From: a virus
Strand: one strand, 5' to 3'
Virus record (IMG/VR): IMGVR_UViG_3300036857_000619
Coordinates: 60,824 to 124,823 of that record
DNA: 64,000 bases
Below the pieces are notes generated by a model. That model made no database searches, was not told the origin of the DNA, and saw nothing but the letters and a program-made list of their open reading frames with translations. Positions 19,152 through 26,892 of this stretch are shown here, piece by piece; within the stretch, counting starts at the first letter, position 1; each line of letters starts with the position of its first letter. Made by a program: the position numbers and the translations under genes.

Positions 19152-19691
19152 TCAGGCCGGCCGCTCTACCTCGGACGCAGACGGGACGTACGCCCCTGTC
19201 GGAGTAAGTTCGGTCGGGCGACCTGACAACCGCCGTTCGACTGCCGCGATCTCCCCAGCATCGAAGAGATCGGGGTCCAACGTTCGGCCCAATGGAATTG
19301 GCCGGCCTGGCTGAGCAGCGGCGGAATCGCCAGTTTCGATCCCCGTATTCACGGGGTAGCGCGGATTGGGGATCTCGACCTCTTGCCCATCGCGCATGAC
19401 CTTGACCGTGCGCCTGGGCTCGGGAACTTCGACGATCAACCCCTGCATCAGCAACTGGTTGACTTGCCCGGTTCGGTAGACGAAGTCGGGTGTTGGACCA
19501 GCAATAAACGCCTCGCCACCGGGATGCATCGGATCGCGCTCAAAGAGCACGACGCGATCGTCGGTTCGTCCTGACACCGCCCAGAACACGTTCGCCTGCC
19601 AGCGGTCGAGCTGGGATTCTGCGACGCCGCGCGAGCGGGCGCGTTCCCGCTCACGATCGTCTACTTTGCCTTTGCTGTTCGATTCAGCCAT
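19152..19691 (-). CDS. Hypothetical capsid-region protein, 179 aa
   Basis: Contains LFERDPMHPGGEAFIAGP, shared with the neighbouring gene. Confidence 0.6.
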   Translation of the reverse strand: MAESNSKGKVDDRERERARSRGVAESQLDRWQANVFWAVSGRTDDRVVLFERDPMHPGGEAFIAGPTPDFVYRTGQVNQLLMQGLIVEVPEPRRTVKVMRDGQEVEIPNPRYPVNTGIETGDSAAAQPGRPIPLGRTLDPDLFDAGEIAAVERRLSGRPTELTPTGAYVPSASEVERPA

Positions 19692-19700
19692 CGAGCACGC

Positions 19701-20159
19701 CTATTTGCTGCCTGCTTCGCGCAGGATGCCTGCCCGAAGACGCGCCTCGACCGCAGCTGTGCGAGCCACTTCGACCTGGTGGCCTGGGCCGACAAACGCT
19801 TCACCGTTGGGATGCGCTGGATCGCGTTCGTACAGTGCGACCCGATTCGCGTCAGTGCCCGTCAGTGCCGACTCGACCGTGATCGTCTTGGCTGCGGCTG
19901 CCGCTTCTTCTTTGCCCTCGGTCCTGGAGTTCGCCTTTTCGTGATCGTCAGCGGTGCTCTTATCCTCCTCGGCCGGCGGACCACCAGCTGCCTGCGGCAA
20001 CGGCGGGTGCATGACGGTCGACCCTTCTGCGGGAACAGGCTGCGGTTCTGTCGTTACGGTCGCCATCGTCGCGCCAGGAGCCGGCGTCGGCGCCGGCGCG
20101 GATGCAGTCTTCGCGGTTGTCGTGGATGACGACGACCCGGAGCTCGTGGATTCAGCCAT
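19701..20159 (-). CDS. Hypothetical capsid-region protein, 152 aa
   Basis: GGAGG RBS; Ser/Thr/Pro-rich N-terminus, then LYERDPAHPNGEAFVGPG. Confidence 0.6.
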   Translation of the reverse strand: MAESTSSGSSSSTTTAKTASAPAPTPAPGATMATVTTEPQPVPAEGSTVMHPPLPQAAGGPPAEEDKSTADDHEKANSRTEGKEEAAAAAKTITVESALTGTDANRVALYERDPAHPNGEAFVGPGHQVEVARTAAVEARLRAGILREAGSK

Positions 20160-20193
20160 GCTTATCAGTCCTCCCTCGTGGTGGACGTATGCG

Positions 20194-21501
20194 TCAGGCA
20201 GCGATGTTCAGGATGCGAGCCGCGTTCGGATCGATGATCCCGTAGCCCTCGACCTCGGTCATGGTCAGCAGCTGCGTCTGGTTGTTAATGAACCGGTCCA
20301 CCTCGGACACGTTGCCACCCACTTCGGTCACGCGTTCGAGCGAGCCGCTGGATTGGAGCGCGACCAGCTTGGATGCCGGCGCATCTGCCGTGACGCCGTA
20401 TTCCATCGCGATGTTCAGCTGATTGGCGAGCGGCGTGATCGTGCCGAGCGCGTTCGCCGGAAGCATCGCGTAGGGAGTCTGGACGCCAACCGACACCGGC
20501 AGGAGCAACAGCTGCATCACCGCGGCTTCTTGGCCGAGGACGATGTCCGGCTGGTACGTCAAGGCAAACCGGAGCTTGAATGTCAGCCACGACTGAAGCG
20601 TCAGCGTGCCTGCGGTCGAACCAGGGTGCAGTGCGGTCTGATTCAGGACCAGGGCTGACGTGTTCGCGTTGCCGTCGCCGTTGATGATCGTGTTCAGCGC
20701 GATCGTGACCTTGTCGGCCTCGGCCTGAACAGCCATACGCGCGATGATGAACGCGATCCGGTCGATACGCTGACGCCGAAGCTGCTCGTACGTCGCCTGG
20801 AGCGCACGCCCAAACTTGTAGATCCGCAGCGTGTGCTCACCAGTGACGAGCGAGGTGCGGGGGATCTCGGTGCCTTCAGCGATGCGCTTCATGCGATACG
20901 CGTCAGTCCCGAAGTCATCCGTGATGTACAGCGTGCGGTAGGCGTCGCTGTCGATCGCCGTGGTGCGAGCCACCAGGCGCTCGAGCGGGATTGGCGGCAC
21001 CAGGCGCTTCGCCCGAATCTCCGGGTTGTCGTACCAGGGATTGACCAACGAACCGAGCGCCGCGTCGCCAGACATCAGCACGGCGCGCGTTTGCGATCCA
21101 GGAAGATCCTCGATCTGGGTCATCGCCAGACGAGCTTGCTCGACTGGATCCAGACGCTGTGCGCGACGCCACACCCGCGCCATGAACTCTGGCATCAGGG
21201 CGCGACGCTCTGGCGCGGCGAGGCACTCCTGCCAGGTTGACGCGTGGAGCCCGAGCTCCGGCACGGGCGCGAGCACAATGCCGCTCGCACGGACCAAACG
21301 CTCGAATGCGTCGAGCGCCCGATCCTCGGCAGATTCACGTTCAGCCGTAGGATCGACGTTTTCGAGATACTGGGAGAGATTCATGCCGCGCTCAGCGGCT
21401 TCGCGATAGAGACGCGATCCGTTGTTCCCGAGAACACGGATCGTGTCTTCAGGCGATTGTCGCCGGATCTGAACGGTCGCCGGCGAAAGGGTTGTTTCCA
21501 C
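20194..21501 (-). CDS. Major capsid protein (HK97 fold), 435 aa
   Basis: AAGGAG RBS; KRIAEGTEIP...LRIYKFGRALQATYEQLRRQRIDRIA...AEADKV pattern; follows protease and decoration genes. Confidence 0.85.
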   Translation of the reverse strand: METTLSPATVQIRRQSPEDTIRVLGNNGSRLYREAAERGMNLSQYLENVDPTAERESAEDRALDAFERLVRASGIVLAPVPELGLHASTWQECLAAPERRALMPEFMARVWRRAQRLDPVEQARLAMTQIEDLPGSQTRAVLMSGDAALGSLVNPWYDNPEIRAKRLVPPIPLERLVARTTAIDSDAYRTLYITDDFGTDAYRMKRIAEGTEIPRTSLVTGEHTLRIYKFGRALQATYEQLRRQRIDRIAFIIARMAVQAEADKVTIALNTIINGDGNANTSALVLNQTALHPGSTAGTLTLQSWLTFKLRFALTYQPDIVLGQEAAVMQLLLLPVSVGVQTPYAMLPANALGTITPLANQLNIAMEYGVTADAPASKLVALQSSGSLERVTEVGGNVSEVDRFINNQTQLLTMTEVEGYGIIDPNAARILNIAA

Positions 21502-21521
21502 GTGTGGTTCTCCTTTCCGGC

Positions 21522-21962
21522 CTAGCCGCCCAGGTCTACGACGACCTTCGTCATGTCCACGTTGTCCCAGGCAATCGGCGCCATCTTCGCGAGCTCAGCC
21601 GCCGTAGCGCTGTTCACGTCGCGGATGTAGCCCTTGGCCGCGGCCGCACCGAGCGCCCCAACCTGCCTGAGACCTGGGGTCACGGTCGCCGCGTTGCCAG
21701 CCGGCAGCGTGCAATTGCCCTTGTTTTGAATCGTGCACGCGCCGTCAGCTTCGACCTTCAGGAGCTTGCCGACGATGGCGTCCCCGTCGGCGCACAGCCC
21801 CACGACGTCGGTGCCAGCCGCGAACGTCACGGCCAGACCTACCGACACCGAACCGCCTGGTGCCGTCGCGCTGAAAACAATCGTTGTGCCGTCAGCCCAG
21901 AACGTCTGCGCGTTGTAACGCTGATCGTCAAAGCCGATGGCAAGTCGGCCAGTAGCAGGCAT
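21522..21962 (-). CDS. Capsid decoration/cement protein, 146 aa
   Basis: VGLAVTF...DVVGLCADGDAIVGKLLKVEADGACTIQ..G (DUF2190-like); GAGAGGAG RBS; between protease and capsid. Confidence 0.7.
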   Translation of the reverse strand: MPATGRLAIGFDDQRYNAQTFWADGTTIVFSATAPGGSVSVGLAVTFAAGTDVVGLCADGDAIVGKLLKVEADGACTIQNKGNCTLPAGNAATVTPGLRQVGALGAAAAKGYIRDVNSATAAELAKMAPIAWDNVDMTKVVVDLGG

Positions 21963-21988
21963 GGGCTACCTCTCCTCTCTCTCGGCTT

Positions 21989-24082
21989 TCATGAGCGATA
22001 TGCGTAGGAGGGCACTTTGCGCGGGTTGGCCGACGCGATGTCCTCCGAACGCGGAGTGGCTGACGGATCGTCGTCACGGGTGACCCGTCCGCCGCGCAGC
22101 CGCTGGGCAGCCTGCTCCTGGAAGTGCTTGCGCAGCGCGAGCAGATCGTCGGCGGTGCCGCGCTCGATGATCGGCACGTACGCCGCCCTGGAGCTGCTCC
22201 AGGTCTCGGCGCCGAAGGCGCGCACACCCTCGGCTTCGATGTCGCGGCACAGCTCCTCGCGATAACGGCGGCCCCAGCCGCCCCAGGTGCGCTCGACTTC
22301 CAGCTCGCGGCCGAGCTCGCGGAGTCGGGTCAGCGGGTCGCCGTCGAATCCGTCCGGCGCCAGCTGCGACTCGATGAGCGCGCCGCGCACCTCGGCATGC
22401 CAGATGGGCACCACCGCCGCCGCCGCCGGTGCGGCGGGCTCAGGCGCCGCGCGGCTAGCAGGCGGGGGTGCTTCCGACGCCGGGGGGGCTGCCGCAGAGC
22501 TGCTCAAAGCGGCGGCCCCACTCGACGCGGGTCCCTCGTGAACGGCCGACTCGGGATCGGCGGGAGCGGTACTGGTCATGGACGCGCGCACCTCCTGCGG
22601 CTCAGGGTTGGGATCGGGCTCGGGCTGCGGCTCGGGCATAGGCTCCGGATCGGGCGGCTGCGGGCCGGGGTCGTCTTCGGTGTCGTCGGGCACAACTCGC
22701 CGGAACTTGGGCTTGCCGTCGGGCGTCCAGTGCGAGTGGTCCGTGTCACCCTCAGGCGTGCGGTCGTCGTCCCCGTCGCCGTCCGGATCGGGATCGTCGT
22801 CGGTCGGCTTCTTGACAGCCCGCTCGACGTCCCAGTCGTCGTCTGGACCGACGTCCAGGACGTAGCGGCGCGCGGTGACGTCAGGAAAGTGCACGCCGCG
22901 GGTGTGCTCCTCGAGCAGCAGCGCCGTCTGGCGATCGAGCAGGTCGGCCTCGGCGAGCAGCGCGGCGGTCCGCAAGCTTGGTGTATGCAGCGCCCAGGCT
23001 GGCGGACCACCCCGCTCGTCGACGACCAGCGCGCGGGACGGACTGATGATGCCCGCGCCGGGTGTAGCCCCGCGAAAGACCGGGCTCAGCTCGAGGCAGT
23101 GTGCGCCGTAGATCTTGCCCAGCGCGCGTTGCTTTTTGCCCTCGTGGACGTACGTGACGCCCGGAATGTGGCGGCAGGGCGCATTCGGGTCCTCGGGATC
23201 GGCCGTCAGCAGCTCGAGCAGATTGCGCGGCATGTTGCGGCCGTCGAGCGAGCACACGATGCGCTCGGGCTCGAAGCCAATCGACACGTCGCGTGCGACG
23301 CCCGAGCGCACGGCCTTGATGAAGTGCGTGGTGTCGACCCCGTTGACGTTCATGTCGTAGGGCACGTAGACGTCCATCTCCGTGCGCGCCAGGTTCTGGC
23401 CGCGGCCCTGGTGGAATTTGCCCTCGAACGTGCGGCCGAACGGCAGCTCCTCGTGCTGGTGGCTGTTGCAGAAGGGCAGCCCGTCCTCGGCGTCCTGGGC
23501 GTAGTTGCGCAGGCTGTCGGTCTGCATGACCGTGCCGTAGTGGTCCTCGGCGGCATTCGAGGCAACGCTGCGGAACCAGTACAGCGGTGTGTCCTGGACC
23601 ACGCTCGGGTCGTGCAGCTGGCGCACAAGCGACTCGGGCAACTGCTCGGCCGAGTCGGCCAACAGCATCGCGCCCACGTTGCGCTCGAGCGGCACGATCG
23701 AGGCGTAGGGCGCCATCCAGCGCTCCTCGTCGCCCGAGTGCATCTTCTTCATGTAGCCGTCGATCACCGAGCGGGCGGCGTTCCTGGTCTCGGTGCTCAA
23801 CCCATCGGTCTGGGGCAGCCGGCTGGCGGCCGCGCGCAGGCCCGACGCGAGGGCCGTCAGCCGACCATTCAGCACCATCGCGAACGGGAGCTTGTACGAG
23901 CCGCGCTGATCTGGCGCGTCCGCGTCGTAGGCCAGAAAGCCGCGGCGGGCCCCCGAGGTGGGGTTGCCGTCCGAGTCGCTGTTGGCCTCGAAGATGGACT
24001 TCGCCGCCGCGCCACCATCCCAGGCCTTGCTGGTATTCAGCGGCAGGTCACGGGCAGCGCCGCATTTGAAGCCGCTAGCCAT
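21989..24082 (-). CDS. Prohead protease-scaffold fusion, 697 aa
   Basis: N-terminal WDG.AA...YKLPF domain, protease-like core (CNSHQH, RDVSIGF, ELSPVF.GATPGA), acidic/Pro linker and helical scaffold tail. Confidence 0.72.
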   Translation of the reverse strand: MASGFKCGAARDLPLNTSKAWDGGAAAKSIFEANSDSDGNPTSGARRGFLAYDADAPDQRGSYKLPFAMVLNGRLTALASGLRAAASRLPQTDGLSTETRNAARSVIDGYMKKMHSGDEERWMAPYASIVPLERNVGAMLLADSAEQLPESLVRQLHDPSVVQDTPLYWFRSVASNAAEDHYGTVMQTDSLRNYAQDAEDGLPFCNSHQHEELPFGRTFEGKFHQGRGQNLARTEMDVYVPYDMNVNGVDTTHFIKAVRSGVARDVSIGFEPERIVCSLDGRNMPRNLLELLTADPEDPNAPCRHIPGVTYVHEGKKQRALGKIYGAHCLELSPVFRGATPGAGIISPSRALVVDERGGPPAWALHTPSLRTAALLAEADLLDRQTALLLEEHTRGVHFPDVTARRYVLDVGPDDDWDVERAVKKPTDDDPDPDGDGDDDRTPEGDTDHSHWTPDGKPKFRRVVPDDTEDDPGPQPPDPEPMPEPQPEPDPNPEPQEVRASMTSTAPADPESAVHEGPASSGAAALSSSAAAPPASEAPPPASRAAPEPAAPAAAAVVPIWHAEVRGALIESQLAPDGFDGDPLTRLRELGRELEVERTWGGWGRRYREELCRDIEAEGVRAFGAETWSSSRAAYVPIIERGTADDLLALRKHFQEQAAQRLRGGRVTRDDDPSATPRSEDIASANPRKVPSYAYRS

Positions 24083-24300
24083 CCCGTTTGTCCTGGACTG
24101 TGCGCGTCACGAACCCTCTCCCTCCTCGGGAAGCGTGTCCGCGCGTCGCGCGCGCCAGGACGAGCTATGAACGGGCTGGCCGCCCGACGCAGGCCCCCAC
24201 GTCAGTCAGGACGTGACATGACGCTGCGCCTGCGTTTGGGCGCGAGCCTAGCAGCGTCGGCGCACGCGAGAGAAATCCCAGGCCGGCAGTCGGCCAGGAT

Positions 24301-24543
24301 TCAAGACTTGTCGCTCGATTCGGCCTCTTCGGGCGCCTGCTCCTCCTCCTCGGACTCGTCCTCCTCAGCGGGTTGTTGTTCTTCGTCGGGCTGCGGGCCC
24401 TTCGCCGCGGCCTCGGCTGCCTCGATCGCGGCCTCGCCGCCGGCCGCCACCTCGCCCGCGGTGTGCGGGCTGCCGGGCACCTGCTCCTGCGTGTCTGGCT
24501 GCTCCTGATACCCCGATTCCGCTGGACGTTCCTGCTCCGTCAT
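24301..24543 (-). CDS. Small acidic protein A (80 aa)
   Basis: VPGSPHTAGEVAAGGEAAIEAAEAA; start overlaps the upstream stop. Confidence 0.6.
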   Translation of the reverse strand: MTEQERPAESGYQEQPDTQEQVPGSPHTAGEVAAGGEAAIEAAEAAAKGPQPDEEQQPAEEDESEEEEQAPEEAESSDKS

Positions 24544-24752
24544 ACCTGCTTCTCCTCGTTCGATTCCTCGGGTTCTGCGGACTGCGCCTCGGTCTGGCCC
24601 GGATCCGTCAACGCGGCTTCGGCGGCCTCGATCGCGTCGTCGCCGCCGTCGGCCACCTCGGCCGCGGTGTGCGGGCTGCCGGGTACTTCGTAATTGATCT
24701 CCGACGGCAACTGCTGATACGGCGATTCCGTCGGATCTGGCGGCTGTGTCAT
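24540..24752 (-). CDS. Small acidic protein B (70 aa)
   Basis: YQQLPSEINYEVPGSPHTAAEVADGGDDAIEAAEAA; ATGA overlap with the upstream gene. Confidence 0.6.
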   Translation of the reverse strand: MTQPPDPTESPYQQLPSEINYEVPGSPHTAAEVADGGDDAIEAAEAALTDPGQTEAQSAEPEESNEEKQV

Positions 24753-24937
24753 GCCTGGGTGTCTTCCGCGTGCTCGGCCTGCTCCGGCTCGGGTGCTGGT
24801 TGCTCTGGGACTGCGCCGTAGTTGATCTGCGACGGCAACTGCTGATGGACCGTGATCCACGGCGTCTTGGACGGCTCGGCGGGCGTGGCGGGCGTCGCCT
24901 CCTCCGTCGTCGGCTCAGGGTCTTTTTTCTTTGCCAC
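24749..24937 (-). CDS. Small acidic protein C (62 aa)
   Basis: GAAGGGAG RBS then GTG 24937; HQQLPSQINY motif. Confidence 0.55.
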   Translation of the reverse strand: MAKKKDPEPTTEEATPATPAEPSKTPWITVHQQLPSQINYGAVPEQPAPEPEQAEHAEDTQA

Positions 24938-24950
24938 GATGTGACTCCCT

Positions 24951-25193
24951 TCAGAACGTGGTGGCACGCGGGCGACGGCGCTGGATCTCGGCGATCCAGC
25001 GGTCGCGGTCGGGCCGCGGCAGCGGTTCCTCACCGACCTTGACGAGGTTCATCCGTCCGCACCGCGTCTCGGGACACTTGAGATGCACCGTGCCGTGCGT
25101 CCCGAGAGCGACCGTGGTCTCGAACAACCAGCGCCCGCAGCCACGACAGAAATAGCTCCGTTCGATCTGGCCGTTGCCATTGGCTTCGCTCAT
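24951..25193 (-). CDS. Com-like zinc-finger regulator (80 aa)
   Basis: FCRGCGRWLF...VHLKCPETRCGRMN matches the Mu Com family CxxC..LL...KC(x)nRC..N pattern. Confidence 0.65.
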   Translation of the reverse strand: MSEANGNGQIERSYFCRGCGRWLFETTVALGTHGTVHLKCPETRCGRMNLVKVGEEPLPRPDRDRWIAEIQRRRPRATTF

Positions 25194-25381
25194 CGCCGCT
25201 CGGACTGGCGCGGATCCTCGACGCTCCGCCGCCAGACATGCGTGACCAGCCCCTCGCGACGGTGCTCGTCCGGACCCGCGCCGCACTCCTGGCAGCGATC
25301 CAGCGGCGGTTCTTTCCAGCGCTGCTGCCACACGTTGCCGCAGCGGCGGCACTGGACGAGCATGTCCGCGGGCCGAGACAT
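25190..25381 (-). CDS. Zinc-ribbon protein (63 aa)
   Basis: CRRCGNVW...RCQECG; coupled to the Com-like gene. Confidence 0.55.
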   Translation of the reverse strand: MSRPADMLVQCRRCGNVWQQRWKEPPLDRCQECGAGPDEHRREGLVTHVWRRSVEDPRQSERR

Positions 25382-25383
25382 CG

Positions 25384-25590
25384 TTAGCGGCTGCGTCCCG
25401 GACGATTGCGTCCGCCGGGGGGACGGGCCATCGAGGGAATGCTGCCAGCGTAGCCACTCGCGCGGGCGTAGCCGGCTTTGATGAGCGCCTTCTGGGTGGT
25501 GCGCCGGCCAGCGCTCGGGACTGGATTGTTGCCTGGCGCCCACGGGTTGGCCATCACGCCTGGCCCACCCATATCTCCGGACATCATCAT
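25384..25590 (-). CDS. Small Gly/Pro-rich hypothetical protein (68 aa)
   Basis: GAGGAG RBS; fills the gap after the MuF-like gene. Confidence 0.45.
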   Translation of the reverse strand: MMMSGDMGGPGVMANPWAPGNNPVPSAGRRTTQKALIKAGYARASGYAGSIPSMARPPGGRNRPGRSR

Positions 25591-25593
25591 TGC

Positions 25594-26247
25594 TCACTCC
25601 TCCTGCGAAGATGCTGCTCTCGGTCGGCTCAGTTGCAGCGGCGACCAGCTCGCCGCGAGCTGACGGCAGTCGGCGCATTCGCGTTCGTCGCCCAGGTCCA
25701 GCCAGTACACCTGCCAGCCGTCGTCGGTTTCGTCGACCTGCAGCTCGCAGCGGCAGTTAACGAGACAGCTCGTCGAGCCGTCGCCTGGCACGCGCTCGAG
25801 CCGCGGCATGTCGCCAAAGCCGGCCAGCTGACCGCGCTGATAGCTCTGCGTCGCCGCCTGGACATACAGCGTGCTGCGACTGAGCGCCCGTTCGCGCGTG
25901 ACGGTCTGGCCGTCGATGGCGCGGGCGTACTCGTTCAGATAGCGGTACTGCCGACCGACCAGCCCGCCGACACGACCCCAGTCCGCCTGGGTCATGACGT
26001 TGCGGCCGCCGCGGCCGAGCAGGTACGCGGTGCCGAAGGCGTCCTTGACCACCCGCCGCATCTCGATCTCCCACTCCTCGAGGGTGATCTGGCGATTGGC
26101 GAGCTGACCAGTCACGACCAGCGTCCTGTCGGTGACCTGACGCAGGAACCGTTCGCGCAGCGGGCGCAGCTCGCGCTCGCCGAGCTCGCGGCCGGTGTCC
26201 TCCTCGCGGTAGCGTCGCCGCTCGATGTTGTAGGTCCAACCGGGCAT
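25594..26247 (-). CDS. Minor head / head morphogenesis (MuF-like) protein (217 aa)
   Basis: W.YN..RRRYR...G, QADWGRVGGLV.RQYRYL..YA, RSTLY, PGDGST.CLVNCRCEL; ATG 26247. Confidence 0.7.
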   Translation of the reverse strand: MPGWTYNIERRRYREEDTGRELGERELRPLRERFLRQVTDRTLVVTGQLANRQITLEEWEIEMRRVVKDAFGTAYLLGRGGRNVMTQADWGRVGGLVGRQYRYLNEYARAIDGQTVTRERALSRSTLYVQAATQSYQRGQLAGFGDMPRLERVPGDGSTSCLVNCRCELQVDETDDGWQVYWLDLGDERECADCRQLAASWSPLQLSRPRAASSQEE

Positions 26248-26435
26248 CAGTACAGGTCCGTCCACGAGCAGCGGTCGCAATAGACCTCGCCATATCCGCG
26301 AAACCGGACGTGATGTCCGATGAATGGCCACAGCAGGTGCTCCAGCCAGGGCCACCTCGAGCCCACATAGCACCGCCAGCTAATGCGCTCGGCCACTACT
26401 CGCCGTCCGACGCGACGGCCCAGCTGACTTTGCAA
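26247..26435 (-). CDS. Small hypothetical protein (62 aa)
   Basis: ORF filling the gap; C-terminal YCDRC. Confidence 0.35.
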   Translation of the reverse strand: MQSQLGRRVGRRVVAERISWRCYVGSRWPWLEHLLWPFIGHHVRFRGYGEVYCDRCSWTDLY

Positions 26436-26440
26436 TGGTG

Positions 26441-26686
26441 CTACTCACGAAGATCCACGACGACGATCCCGCGCTCGTCGAATTCAAAGTCGTAGTCGCC
26501 ACAGGACCGGCATGTGTACGTTCCGAACGGATGCCCCCAGCAATCGGTTTCGTAAGTGTCAGATCCGCCGCACACAGGGCACCGTGGAGGATGCGGATCG
26601 AACAGAGCAGCCAGCGGGTAAGGGTGCGTACGCAGGCATCCCGCCAGTTCGCAGAGCTCGATCTCCTGGACTGACGGTTCACTCAC
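26441..26686 (-). CDS. Zinc-ribbon protein (81 aa)
   Basis: GTGA overlap; CPVCGG...YTCRSCG. Confidence 0.55.
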   Translation of the reverse strand: MSEPSVQEIELCELAGCLRTHPYPLAALFDPHPPRCPVCGGSDTYETDCWGHPFGTYTCRSCGDYDFEFDERGIVVVDLRE

Positions 26687-26892
26687 TCGCCCTCCGATTC
26701 GACCGACCAGCTGACCTTGCAGCGCCAGCAGTCGATCCACACAATGGGCGGGCTCATGCTGGGAAACCGGCGCACGTCGCAGGCGCTGCGGCAGCGCGGG
26801 CAGCGCGGCGGCATACCGGGCGGGGTGGGCTCGGCTTCGTTGGCCATCCGAAAGATCTCGTCGCGTGCCAAGGCTGACCAGCTCACCTTCAC
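26683..26892 (-). CDS. Zinc-ribbon protein (69 aa)
   Basis: GTG overlaps the portal stop; CPRC...CWRC. Confidence 0.5.
   Translation of the reverse strand: MKVSWSALARDEIFRMANEAEPTPPGMPPRCPRCRSACDVRRFPSMSPPIVWIDCWRCKVSWSVESEGE

Noticed and set aside
22124-24508. 794-aa + strand ORF
   Set aside because: Antisense shadow of the protease/scaffold gene.
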